Positions 33,475-44,353 of a DNA stretch of 64,000 bases are shown piece after piece. This DNA comes from Minutocellus sp. GHC0000111. Lineage: Eukaryota. Position 1 is the first letter of the stretch; the number at the start of each line of letters is the position of its first letter. The translations under genes and the position numbers were made by a program. Under the pieces are notes generated by a model that was not told where the DNA came from, ran no database searches, and worked only from the letters and a program-made list of their open reading frames with translations. The DNA lies in contig OZ361257.1 of the NCBI GenBank assembly GCA_977018835.1, positions 2,914,001-2,978,000 on the forward strand, in the 5' to 3' direction.

Positions 33475-35783
33475 CTAAGGGCACCTTGGGATGCCCATGT
33501 CGGCCATCACCTGTTCGTATTCATCCGTCCACTCACCATCTTTGTTTCGAACGGAAAGAGGCGGTAGAACTTCCGTCTCCTGATTTGATGAAGCACCCTC
33601 ATTATCGACGCCACATATCTTCTTCAATACATATACTCCAAATAGGGGCTCCTTCTTCCCCTCCCGGCCCTTGACCGGCAGTGCCGTTATCACCTGCAAT
33701 CCAGCCTGAGCAGCACCATCGTACACACGTTGGTTATTCAGCCAATTGACGCACACAACCAAGTGTCCCTCTGGAGATAGAACAGGTGCAGCAGCTGCGC
33801 AGTATGCCTCTACCCCTCCACGAAATTCACAACGAGCCGGTGCACTCTGCACAGAAGTGGGCATCCCTCCCTGTATAATGGTCGACTGAATGCCAGAATC
33901 CTTGTCGTTTGACACGGCGATCTCAAAATACGGTGGAGTCCCACTCACAAGGTCGAAGGTGGTGCTGCGAATGTCTTTCATAAGGTCGCTATAAGCACTG
34001 TCTGCGCTTTTTTCATTCAAAGCTCGAAAATCAGATCGGACAATGCCAACAGATTTGCACCTCTCCACATCATCCTTTTCTTCTCCTTCCAAGGCAGCAG
34101 GTCCTACATTGAACGATAACGAACGTCGAGCGAGGCCAATCGCTTCAGCCCTCGCCTCAATACCTCGAGCTTCAATTTTATCGAAATGTTCCCACAATGA
34201 CCAGCAAGTCATTTGAAGCACCGATGCATTGCCTGTTCCCAGGTCGAGGTATCGCAGGTGCTCAACATTTTTCTTGTTTGTAGAAATATCATCATGACAA
34301 TGCTTTTGACCTGGTATCGCAGACGCGGCTTGCCACATAGGCAGTAACAATGTCATCGGTGGTCCATCGATGGGATCCAACCCTCTGCAAAATGCGCCAA
34401 TTGCCGACAAGGTTGCATAATTGTTCGCCTTGATTGGTCGGCATCCATTTTGGACAGTATATATGTTAGTCCCAAAATGCGCACTGTCCCAGTTCGCGAA
34501 CTGGGATCCCAGTTTGCGAACTAGGATTTATTTATCCCAGTTTGGAAACTGGGATCATAGGCACAATCTCAGTTTGCAAACTGGGATCAATCGAGAAATA
34601 ATGAATATTTAGCATGGATGATATCGCCTTTGCTTCTCCTCGCTTCATTTTTTCATAGTGAAGCAACACAGCCCAAACCTGGTCCAGACGTCCAGACGAC
34701 ATTAGTGCCGGAGCTGATACGCAATATATTGGCATTAGCTGATACTAAATACATATAGTGAATAAATAATAATATCTAGCTAGCTGCTTCTGGCAAATAT
34801 AAGTCATGAACTGTACATGCATCTGTGCTATGCCGGCATCATGTTGCTACTGTACCAGTACATGTAGCTTGCAAATTCAAGATATGATGCACAGTGCAAC
34901 TTGTATTGTAGATAGATCTACCAGTACATAATCATTGTGCATGAGCCAACACCGGCAGTTACCATTCTGACACTTGCCGAGAATGCAAGTTTCCAAACTG
35001 GTATTCATTTTTGTTCCAGTTCGCGAACTCGTCTGGTTCCCAAATTCGGATTGGCGTGTTTATCTCAGTTTCCATTCTGGTAGTATCAGTGCGCAAACTG
35101 AGATCCTAGTTTGGGAACTGGGGCCCAGTGCGCAAACTGGGATAAATGAATCTCAGTTCGCAAACTGGGATCCCAGTTCGCGAACTGGGACAGTGCGCAT
35201 TTTGGGACTAACATATATACTCATCTGCTCCCGCCGATGGTGATGGCGGCGGTGGCACCTCGATACCCGCGAGCTTTGTTCCAGGGTCTGAATTGGTGAT
35301 TTGACTGGCACTTTGGAGCAATTTCAGTGACTTCAATTCTCCTTCCGATATCGCGCCTTCAGACTTGTTCTCGGAAGCAAGAATTGTCTTCATTCGTCCC
35401 ACAACGAAAGCGTCTGGCCCATCCATTACTGCTTGGGCAGTTGCACCGCTCATCACTGCCCTTCGTCGAGACGCCGTGATCATTCCAGGCAAGGCCTTCG
35501 ACCCCTCCTTGGAAGACGCCACTTTGGGAGGGAGGTGGCCAGATCCAGAGCAGACTGGACAAGGTCGCAGCTCTTGCGATGGCTTCTCCTCGGCTTTTGC
35601 CGTGGTATTTGGTCGTTTGCGTTTCTTCTCTGCCTTCTTGAGCTTGCACGTACCAGCCCCGCGGCATTTCCAGCACAAAGGTCCTAGTTCTTTAGTGTCG
35701 TCTTTGTGGGCGCATGGTGCCTCATATCCAGGCGCATCGGAGGATAGCGAGACGTCGCCGAGAGGGACGTAACGGGTGGTCAT
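33475..35783 (-). pseudogene. TrmN6/YfiC-like adenine-N6 methyltransferase with CxxCxGxG zinc-finger repeats, disrupted by a MITE and a frameshift
   Basis: CWKCRGAG, CPVCSGSG; WRILQRVGSHRWTTDD; YLDLGTGNASV; GTPPYF; ARCEFRG. Removing the MITE and one TA restores ADEYCPKWMP. A further frameshift lies at ~34290-34320. Confidence 0.8.
34460..35217. mobile_element. 758-bp non-autonomous DNA transposon (MITE) with TA target duplication
   Basis: 63-bp perfect TIR (TATATGTTAGTCCCAAAATGCGCACTG...), extending to ~85 bp with 3 mismatches. Repeated palindromic subterminal motif CCCAGTTYGCGAACTGGG. TA at 34458-59 and 35218-19. No coding capacity. Confidence 0.95.
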
Positions 35784-36068
35784 GATGATCGAGAAAAATG
35801 AGGCAAAAATAAATTGGTGATAAAATAAATGAATGAGATGGGCTGCAGGGCGACGGACAGACTCAAAAAGATGGTTTGCACTCCTCAATCGACGTTTCTG
35901 GGAACTAGCCTCAACTATTAAATTCGAGGGGTACACGCCATCGCCATCGAACACATCTCTGAATACGGTAATGAAGCGAAGATACGGCCGTGGTTGCACA
36001 GTGGATAAGTGTTCCGGTTGTCTCTATTTGATGAGCAGGCTGACGTCGGTGTCTTTCACTGACATATC

Positions 36069-38600
36069 ATGATGACGGACGGCCCTCATAAGTATCCGAT
36101 CCAGAGGCCCTTGATATATCACACCGGCCTGCTTCCACCCGATGGACTGGACGAATCAGCCTCACTCGAGGAGCTTGGAGAGAACATTCTGTATTACTTT
36201 GACTCTGCGACGACCACCGATAGCACTAACAATACTTGCTATACCGAGGAGGCTGTCGAGTTTCTGGGGCTTGCCACCGCGCTGCACTCACTGCCGTTGA
36301 ATCTGAGCAATGCAATCCGATCGGGCGAGGGGGTGTCGGGATCGGACAGCTGCTGCTGCGGAGACCGCGGTAACGGCTCATCAACAAGCAATACACATCA
36401 GGTCCACTTGGTTCACTCGACGCTGGTATTCATTCCCCTGGAGAATAAGTATGAAGGTTGTCATGGGCTGGTTGCCGTGGCACAAATACCAAGAGCAGGT
36501 TCTGAGGGGGCTACTGAAAGCAGTGGTGCCAATGTAAATGGTGGTGATCCAGTGGCAATAAGGGCAATGATGCAACGAAAGCATTCTGGTTTCTGCCTGC
36601 TCCGTGGTGGGAGCGTTCATTTCAGACTATCTTCCTTTGATGAGGCCAAATTGCAACTTTGTGGCGTCAGCGGGCCAAGTCCCAGAGCACAATCTGCTAG
36701 CATCGAAGCTGATCTCGAGCGTAGGGATGCTGCTCGAGCTGCCTCGGTGGCCGCTGCAGAGGCCGTGGCGCAGAGCGATGCTGCTTGGATGGAACGGTGG
36801 GGCCAGGCGTCAATCGGAGATGCTGATCAGTTGCAAAGTGATGACAAAGGGGTTTCCAGGAAAAGCCTTACTAAGCAAAGCGGGAGAAGTGATGCAGCAA
36901 TATCGTTGCTGAGGCAACAGAGCAGCTTTGCTCCTTCGGCTGGTATTGGGGATGTTTCCAGCATTAGCAATGTCGATGAAAATGAATCTATTCACTCCTA
37001 TCCTGGAATGGCTATGCTGTACAAGCGTCGAAGGGAACTGAGAAAATTGAGTGAAAGGCTGACAGCCAGTCGTATCGATGCTGGATTGTATGATCCCTCG
37101 TCGGACACTGATGCAACAAAGGCGATTGGAAATTTAGAAGAGAAGAAGGTGTCGGCAGCACAAGAAAGAATTGACACACTTCTTGCCGCCTTGCCCCTTT
37201 CTTTCTTGCGGAAAGATTTGAAGCGATATTATGATAACGCTATTGCAAATGCAGGGGCGATTTGTTCTCTGTTGGCAGGACAACCGGTTGGGCGCTGTAC
37301 TGTGGATTTGATTCCATCTCCAGGGCCATCATTGCCTCCTCAACTCTCTTGTCCTCCAAATGACCCACCACCAAGTACCGCTGCAATGTTGAATCGCATT
37401 TCTCGAATACTTCTTAGTCGGCGAGACGATAATTTGAATCAATTGAGCTTGATGCACGTGGATCCTGTCAATGTAATTTCAGAGTCGGCACCTGTTTTGC
37501 TTGGAATTTCAACGTTTTACAGGGGGCAATTCCTCTTTTCCGACATCTCGTCGGAAATGTGCAAAAATGGCAATTCATGTTCAAATATTGATCTTTCTAA
37601 GGATGCAGTCTCCATCGTACACCGTCATTTCTTTCGTGGTTGTGTCAGTGAAGGAGTTGAAAAGCAATCTCGGGAAAGCAGAGGAACAACAAATGCAGCT
37701 GGTTCCTTTGTGCAGCCTCCACAAAATTTACCTTCATTCGACGCCTCGGGCCGCGAACTATTGGAAAGTATCTACATTTTTCCTCTGGGCGATATTTGGT
37801 TACCACGGGTATCATTGCCTCTGTGCAGTGACGAACGCAAAACAGGGATTGCGAGCGAAATATCGGCGAGGGCTGCCTTGTTCAGGTATGACGCTTACGA
37901 GTTTCTGGTATTCTTAAACGGCGACGAATTCATTTCTGAGTCTTTGACTTTATCTGCACCTTTGACAGAAACTACAAAAACTTTACAAGTTCGGAAGCTC
38001 CAGGCGTCTGAATCGGCCGTTACCGTTCTTACTTCTCTATCGCAACAGCTTTCAGACGTACTGCAAAGAATGCCGATTCTATACGCAGACCGACCGTACG
38101 ACGGCGAAGCTGGATCAAGCGTCATCTATGTTGATCGACTGTCAAATAAGGTTGTTCTTTACAACAACAATAATGCTGACAAACAAAGCAGTGCAGCTGA
38201 TGGCAACATTGACGGAGCTGCAGTCATGGCGGCTGGGGGTGAAATTGGCTCAAAGATGCACACACACACAGAGTTCTTGATACATTCTGACGATGACTTG
38301 GATTCTCGTCACATGTTGGCCTCGAGGCTACCGTTGGATGTTGTGTTGGCACTGGATGAAATGATGAAAGAAGTCAGACAATCCAGTAGGTGCCAAAATA
38401 TTGAGAGCAATAGCAATGCCGTCGGTGGCTCGCGGGTAATTGAGCTCTGTACCTTCTTACCGCAGGGGTGGGTATTCTGCAGGGCTCACAAACACAGAGA
38501 GCTGTATGGTGTCTTTGATCCAAACGTCTACATTACCCTTGCAGATGTGCAAAAGGCGACCATGAGAATACGAAGAGAGTTGGGCGGGGTTATGTTGTAG
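36069..38600 (+). CDS. CCZ1: CCZ1/HPS4-like tri-longin Rab GEF subunit
   Basis: N-terminal EELGENILYYF...EEAVEFLGLATAL and C-terminal GWVFCRAHKHRELYGVFD...TLADVQ resemble CCZ1 longin 1 and 3 motifs. Confidence 0.6.
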   Translation: MMTDGPHKYPIQRPLIYHTGLLPPDGLDESASLEELGENILYYFDSATTTDSTNNTCYTEEAVEFLGLATALHSLPLNLSNAIRSGEGVSGSDSCCCGDRGNGSSTSNTHQVHLVHSTLVFIPLENKYEGCHGLVAVAQIPRAGSEGATESSGANVNGGDPVAIRAMMQRKHSGFCLLRGGSVHFRLSSFDEAKLQLCGVSGPSPRAQSASIEADLERRDAARAASVAAAEAVAQSDAAWMERWGQASIGDADQLQSDDKGVSRKSLTKQSGRSDAAISLLRQQSSFAPSAGIGDVSSISNVDENESIHSYPGMAMLYKRRRELRKLSERLTASRIDAGLYDPSSDTDATKAIGNLEEKKVSAAQERIDTLLAALPLSFLRKDLKRYYDNAIANAGAICSLLAGQPVGRCTVDLIPSPGPSLPPQLSCPPNDPPPSTAAMLNRISRILLSRRDDNLNQLSLMHVDPVNVISESAPVLLGISTFYRGQFLFSDISSEMCKNGNSCSNIDLSKDAVSIVHRHFFRGCVSEGVEKQSRESRGTTNAAGSFVQPPQNLPSFDASGRELLESIYIFPLGDIWLPRVSLPLCSDERKTGIASEISARAALFRYDAYEFLVFLNGDEFISESLTLSAPLTETTKTLQVRKLQASESAVTVLTSLSQQLSDVLQRMPILYADRPYDGEAGSSVIYVDRLSNKVVLYNNNNADKQSSAADGNIDGAAVMAAGGEIGSKMHTHTEFLIHSDDDLDSRHMLASRLPLDVVLALDEMMKEVRQSSRCQNIESNSNAVGGSRVIELCTFLPQGWVFCRAHKHRELYGVFDPNVYITLADVQKATMRIRRELGGVML

Positions 38601-38822
38601 TAGATCTAGCTAGAGTCTATGTAATAACTACATACCCTGATAAAATCGAGGGTAGATCTAGATCTAGCTACCGGTAGATCTAAAAGACTGGGTAGAACAT
38701 GTTTTTGGTGGTATTTTTTGGGTTCGCAGACCAATCATTCGAGGTTCGCATGTCGCGCGTTGAAAGCTCGCTCCGCTCGCGCTCCTCTTGAAAGCTCCCT
38801 TCGTCGAAGTCGTAAGTATTGA

Positions 38823-39521
38823 TTGAAAGGATATATTAAACGGCGAACCCATAGCAAATGGTCGCGTAAACGATACAATGCACTGCGCGGCTTCCTTTTT
38901 CCGACGCCTTTTTGGCTGCTTCATGATTCTCGCTTGGACACACCGGAGCCAGGCGAATTTCGCGTTGCCGTAAGCGCATCTAATGCCCAAAAAGAGCTGG
39001 GAACTGGCTACTTCTTCGCAGAAAATCTTCTGCAGTTACAGCGTGGCAGTGTCCCTATTCTAGCGAACAATGAGCAGAAAATGCTCTACCTCCAATTTAT
39101 AGTGAGCATTGACAAGAACAATAAAAGGCGAAGCAGGAGATTTCTCCCCTTTGCTCTTTGCTTGCTGATACCCTTCTTTATTATGCTCGTCGTAGGTGAC
39201 GCAACAGAAGGTTTCGATGACAACCCGATCTTCTTAGTAGGTTTTGCGTTTAGTGCCATCCTTCCGGTCGCAATTATTCCCTGGATTCCGGGTGTACAGA
39301 ATGCAGAGCGTGAGTGGTTGGCTGAATTAGACATTATTCACGAGGAAGCAATACCTAAATGGACTGAGCAAGGCTATCATGTCAGCCGCGTTGAAGATAA
39401 GAGATGCCCGAAAATGATTTACTTCAGCTTCAAGAAGATGATGCAAGAGGGGTCCCAAGAAGAAGAACGAGAACAAGAAGTGGGAATGGCTGAGGAGGAG
39501 TTTGAGGCCGAGATGGTGTGA
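38823..39521 (+). CDS. Small two-TM membrane protein of unknown function (start uncertain)
   Basis: Two hydrophobic segments and an acidic tail. The ORF begins at TTG and the first in-frame ATG is at ~39081; an upstream out-of-frame ATG suggests a possible frameshift. Confidence 0.5.
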   Translation: MKGYIKRRTHSKWSRKRYNALRGFLFPTPFWLLHDSRLDTPEPGEFRVAVSASNAQKELGTGYFFAENLLQLQRGSVPILANNEQKMLYLQFIVSIDKNNKRRSRRFLPFALCLLIPFFIMLVVGDATEGFDDNPIFLVGFAFSAILPVAIIPWIPGVQNAEREWLAELDIIHEEAIPKWTEQGYHVSRVEDKRCPKMIYFSFKKMMQEGSQEEEREQEVGMAEEEFEAEMV

Positions 39522-39677
39522 ACAAAAGTTACATTCTAGTGGATACTCCGATAGTATTGTATGTAGTACCAGCATGCCTACGATTAGTTCTGACTAGTGA
39601 TTACATTTCAGAAAAGAGCTGCTACTGGATTCAACGTCTATATATACACATATCTATGCGAATATAGATTCATACTA

Positions 39678-42065
39678 TTATGCCTTGACTTCTTCCAGTG
39701 CCTGCTTCACGTCATCCAATGTAATGTGCAATCCTTCGATGCCATTCCCGTCTTTTCTCGCTCGACTCAAGGCTATCGAACCTGCACAACGAACCAAACC
39801 GGCAATGTGGGCTCCCGAAAAGCCACCCGTCGCATAATCGGCGGCAAGATCAAACACAGGTCGTCGTACTACCGGAACTTTATCCATCACCTTGTTCATG
39901 GCCTTTTTAATGGCTCGTCTCTTTCGCCCCTTGATTCGTTTAGTTGATGAGCTGGAGGCGACTTCTGCCTCATCTTCAGGAGCATCCGGGGTACCAGGCA
40001 TGGCCGAGTGTGTCTCACTATTGTACCCTGCAACGCCATCAATCGCACAACAGAGAGGCTGCGATAATCTACCCTTCTTTCGTAATGCCTCGAAGTGAAT
40101 GTTCAGGATTTCACGTCTGCCTTCCTTGTCTGGTTTTGGGATTTCAATCTGTACTTCTAATCTGCCAGGTCTTAGCAAAGCATCGTCAAGTAATTCTCTT
40201 CTGTTGGTCATGCCAATAAGAAGAACATTGGGGATCGCATTAACTCCATCCAGCTTCGCTATAATTTGATTCACTACTGAACTTCGAGTTGCTTCCCCTG
40301 AATCTTCAGCGCTGGTACGCTTCCGGAATACTGCGTCTATCTCGTCAATGACTACAACATGAAGCGCTGACCGCGAGGCTACTCCATTGCATGCGGCAAG
40401 CTCTGCCTCGGCCTCCGCAAACAAACTTCGTACAAGCGCTTCTGAGCCTCCAACCCATCGGTCAAGCAATTCAGGGGCCGATACAATCTTAGGCTTCCTG
40501 CATGTACGTAGGAGAGGGTTTTGATAAAAAAAGAAATAGAATTGGTCGTTAGGGCATTGTCAAGGTTTTGCGTGAATCGATCAGAAGAAAAGCACAAGGA
40601 TTACTCAGACAACTCAATTTGCCCATAAGACAGAAAATCTCGATTAGGAGCGAGACCAAAGTGCGTTGAACATACGAGCCGAATCTCGGAGAATAATCAT
40701 ATTCAATTCATATCAGAAGCCTCACCTAGCACGCAAGGCACGGGATATTTCACGAGCAAGGGCGGTCTTCCCGCAACCCGGTGGCCCGTACAAGAGAAGT
40801 CCCCTAACCGGCGAGAGGCCCAAAGCGGCTAGCTCCTCAGCCTCCATCGATGCTACAGACAATTCGGCGTTGGTGGAATCTCCTTCGTCGAAAACGGCAT
40901 CATCCTCATCCGCAGGTTTTAGGACACGGCCATCGAGGACGCGCCGAATAATCATCGCTACCTCGTCTCCAAGACCGCCAACAGAGGAACGGAAGTCAGT
41001 TGCAAAGGCAGCATTGCGATCCTTGCCACTGAGGCTCATTGGTGTGCTTCCAAAATTATCCAGCGTGCCAGCTTCCATCCCATTTTCAACATCTTCGGAT
41101 AGAGTGAACATGTCTGTCGGAGACCAATTCAACCTCCCCAGGGTCATGTCACCTCCTTTTGTATTGAATAGGTTTGGTGCTGACTTTCCGATTGGTAACA
41201 ACGTCACCTCTAGCACAGCTGCAGCGCCCATGTCCACAGCTTCGTACATGCGTTCCGAACCACCGTAAACGATCCAACTCGGCGTTTGATCGTTTGCCGT
41301 GCTCATGGTAGCAGTGCTCTCTCCGGCCCGTCGTGGTGGACGCGCGCTGTTGCTCGATGATAAGAGCCGATACCTCGTAACGCCCCCGTAGAGCAGTTTG
41401 CCAAAATTCAATGCTCCCGTCGGCTCAACAAGGGGGGCCTTGAGCTCTGCTCCAGATGGAAACAGCAACAGTCTGCAGCCAAACCTCCGAAGGAACTCTT
41501 CGCGAGTTGTATCCAGCAAGTCCAAGTTCTTGTCTGATATAGTGGCATTGGCAATGGACTGCAAATCCTTCGACAGGTCTATCTGCATCGGAGTGGGCGT
41601 GACCTTCATCCATCGAAGCCAGGCACCAGCATTATCGCGATCAACGCCTCTCCTCTGATTGGGGAATCTCACCGATACTCTGTTCAGCAACTGCCCTAAC
41701 GCATATGCCGACTCATCGTCAATCCAATTGGTTGCTGATGAAGGCCCCGAGGCCGATGGACCTCCCTTATCTCTCTTGGCGTCCCTTCGCATGTCGCTGC
41801 GAATTAATGCCGAACTGGCCATTTCGGCAAGTAAAGAAAATGCGTCATCATTGACGGGAGGAATACTCGCGGCGGCGGTTGCATCCTCAGCATCGACTAT
41901 TGCGTCCTGTTCTTTGGCGACTGGAGCTGGTGATGACCAGCGAACAGGCAGCAGCAAGGGTGAGTTGGTGGAAGGCGATGTCGATGGTGGCGCAATAAAT
42001 GCCAGCGAAAGTGGAGAGAGGGCGAGTAGCCGCAATACGGCGAGCAACGCGCCTACTCTTCCCAT
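39678..42065 (-). CDS. Plastid-targeted single-domain NSF/Sec18-like AAA+ ATPase; intron 40498-40725
   Basis: SLA-FIAP presequence; [73 protein letters not shown]...CAG intron. Confidence 0.88.
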
Positions 42066-42352
42066 GGTTGACCCCGAAGAATGAGGGCAAACGCACGACA
42101 TTGATTATTTTTTGTCGGCACTACCAATCTCCCGATGGCGAAAGCGATATCAACATTCGTCTGTCCGTCTCCAGAATCAGAGCGCCCCGTTGGCTTCATT
42201 TTTCCTCTCGCTCGGCGCCTCTCGGTTCTCGGTCCTCTCGATTGATTAGGTCAGCACGATCATATTCATGGCGTGATTTCCGCAATTGAATCTACCTTCA
42301 TTTGTGGCGAAGAATTCTCATTTGCTGCGTATTTTTTTGACGCAAAGAGACA

Positions 42353-44278
42353 ATGGACCGGGACGATGATGCCAAGCCTCTGAAATCTCGGAAGAAGCAA
42401 AAGGTCAAGCACAACACTGCTGCTGAGCCTTCTGCCTCTGCATCAAATGAGAGCAATGAAGCAGCAGCAGGAGCAATGATTGAGCCGCCCCCACAAGCTC
42501 AGCAACCACAGCGGTCCATCATCCCGCCAATGGGTAGCCTTGGTCTCGGCCTTGCCCGGCCCTTTTGGACGATGTGCGCGTGCTGTAGCCTGCCGAGAGA
42601 GGAGCGTACAGGATCGACTTCTGGCCATGGCGCTTTCCGGAATCGGTCGCAAGAAGATGACACATCTGACCAGGTGGTGGATGCTGATAATAATTCGTCG
42701 TCCATTGTGCCTCGTCCGGAGAGGAATCTCGTCCTTCCAGGTCAGAACGACGGGTCTACCGCCGAGAACTTGATTCACCAGTACATATCGGCGTGTCACT
42801 TGTATGGCGTCGGAGATAGGATCAATGCAGGTGTGCTGACAACTCTGCGATTTTCTCTCCCAACTCTTCGTGTTTCTGGCTCATTCCATGACGCCGACAT
42901 GCTTTCATTGAGTGAGATTCTACTTCCGCATTGCAACGGTCTGCTCAGCTACATTCGCCGTCTGGACTTCTCGATAGCTAGTCGTGAGGGAAAGCTTCAT
43001 GGACGGCGCGGCTTCCGGTCACACGGTGCATTCACACTGTCCAAAATCCTTTCCGAAAGTCGAAATATTCAAGAAGTATTTCTTCAAAGAAATAAAATTG
43101 GGCCCTACGGCAGTTCTGCCATATTCATCGCGGCAGCGACCAATCCATGCCTCCGAACCTTGGTAATGAGACGGTGCGCGATCGGGGAGAGAGGTGCAAG
43201 AGCCTTTGCTGAGCATGTGTGCAAAAGCGACTTATCTGGGCTTCGTGAGATAGATATGTCAGTAAATGGCATCGGATTTGCTGGGTCCATTGAGGTAGAG
43301 ACGGCTCTAAGCAGAAGAGGGGAAGGGAAGAAGATCGAGTGCGATCTGGAGGGCAACTTGGTCTTTCAAGAGGTGATGAATTGCGTCACACATGGCTTGG
43401 GAATCATCCTCTCCGTCGTTGCCTTTTTTGCTTTATCTCGTCGAGTGCAACATCAATCGAACCGACACATTATCAGCTGTGCAATATAGTGAGTATTGAA
43501 TGATTTGCTTGTTGCTTTTGCTTGTGTGTAATTTATCATGCAATGAGAGTTGGCAAAAAGTGACGACGTTTCTTTTGCGATCATCATTACTAGCATAGTT
43601 CCGATTTTTATTTTGACGGTCTCTTTCGTTCAATCAAATCTAACGCTGCCTCAATTACCACCTATTCTATGTCTGCGCAGCTCCACATCGCTGTTGGTGC
43701 TCTACACTTCCAGCACCTTGTATCATTCCTTTTTTGCGCTCATGGTCACCCGATATGTATTCGAAGTCTTGGATAAATGCGCAATATACATTTTGATCGC
43801 TGGATCGTATACACCGTACTTACAAATCTGTCTGCATGACAAGCCCAAGTGGTCAATCTATCTACTTGCCTTTATCTGGCTCTGTGCCATTGCAGGCGTT
43901 AGCGTTGAGGCTTGCTTTCCCGCATGGAAATACAAACCGACATTTAGCCTTTCGATGTATCTTGGTATGGGCTGGGCCTGCGTCGTGTGCCTACCTGATT
44001 TGATCGAGGTTGTGCCTCAAGTGACGCTACATCTGCTGATATTGGGAGGAGTCGCATATACTGGTGGCGTACCATTCTTTGTACGAAACAATAATCTCGA
44101 TCACAGGTATGTCAAGCCAACATTGAGTTTGCTATCTCTTTCACAGATTTTATTTTTTTGTGTTATCTCACGTCCTATTATCTTCCTGAATTCCTACTTT
44201 AATCGCAGTGTTTGGCATCTGTTTGTCCTTGCTGGCTCAATCTTTCACTGGAGTGGAGTTTACATAATTGCAAAGTAA
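42353..44278 (+). CDS. RI-type LRR fused to a hemolysin-III/PAQR 7-TM domain; introns 43489-43680 and 44107-44208
   Basis: [29 protein letters not shown] (LRR); [39 protein letters not shown] after splicing. Confidence 0.9.
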
Positions 44279-44353
44279 AAGCTCTCTTTTTCAATTTCGT
44301 AGCACGCTTGCACCGTTATTTCCCCATAATAACTCATCTACATTACTCATCTG

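Noticed and set aside
34480..35200. CRISPR-like array from the repeated palindromes
   Set aside because: The repeats are subterminal motifs within mirrored TIRs, with no unique regular spacers and no cas genes.
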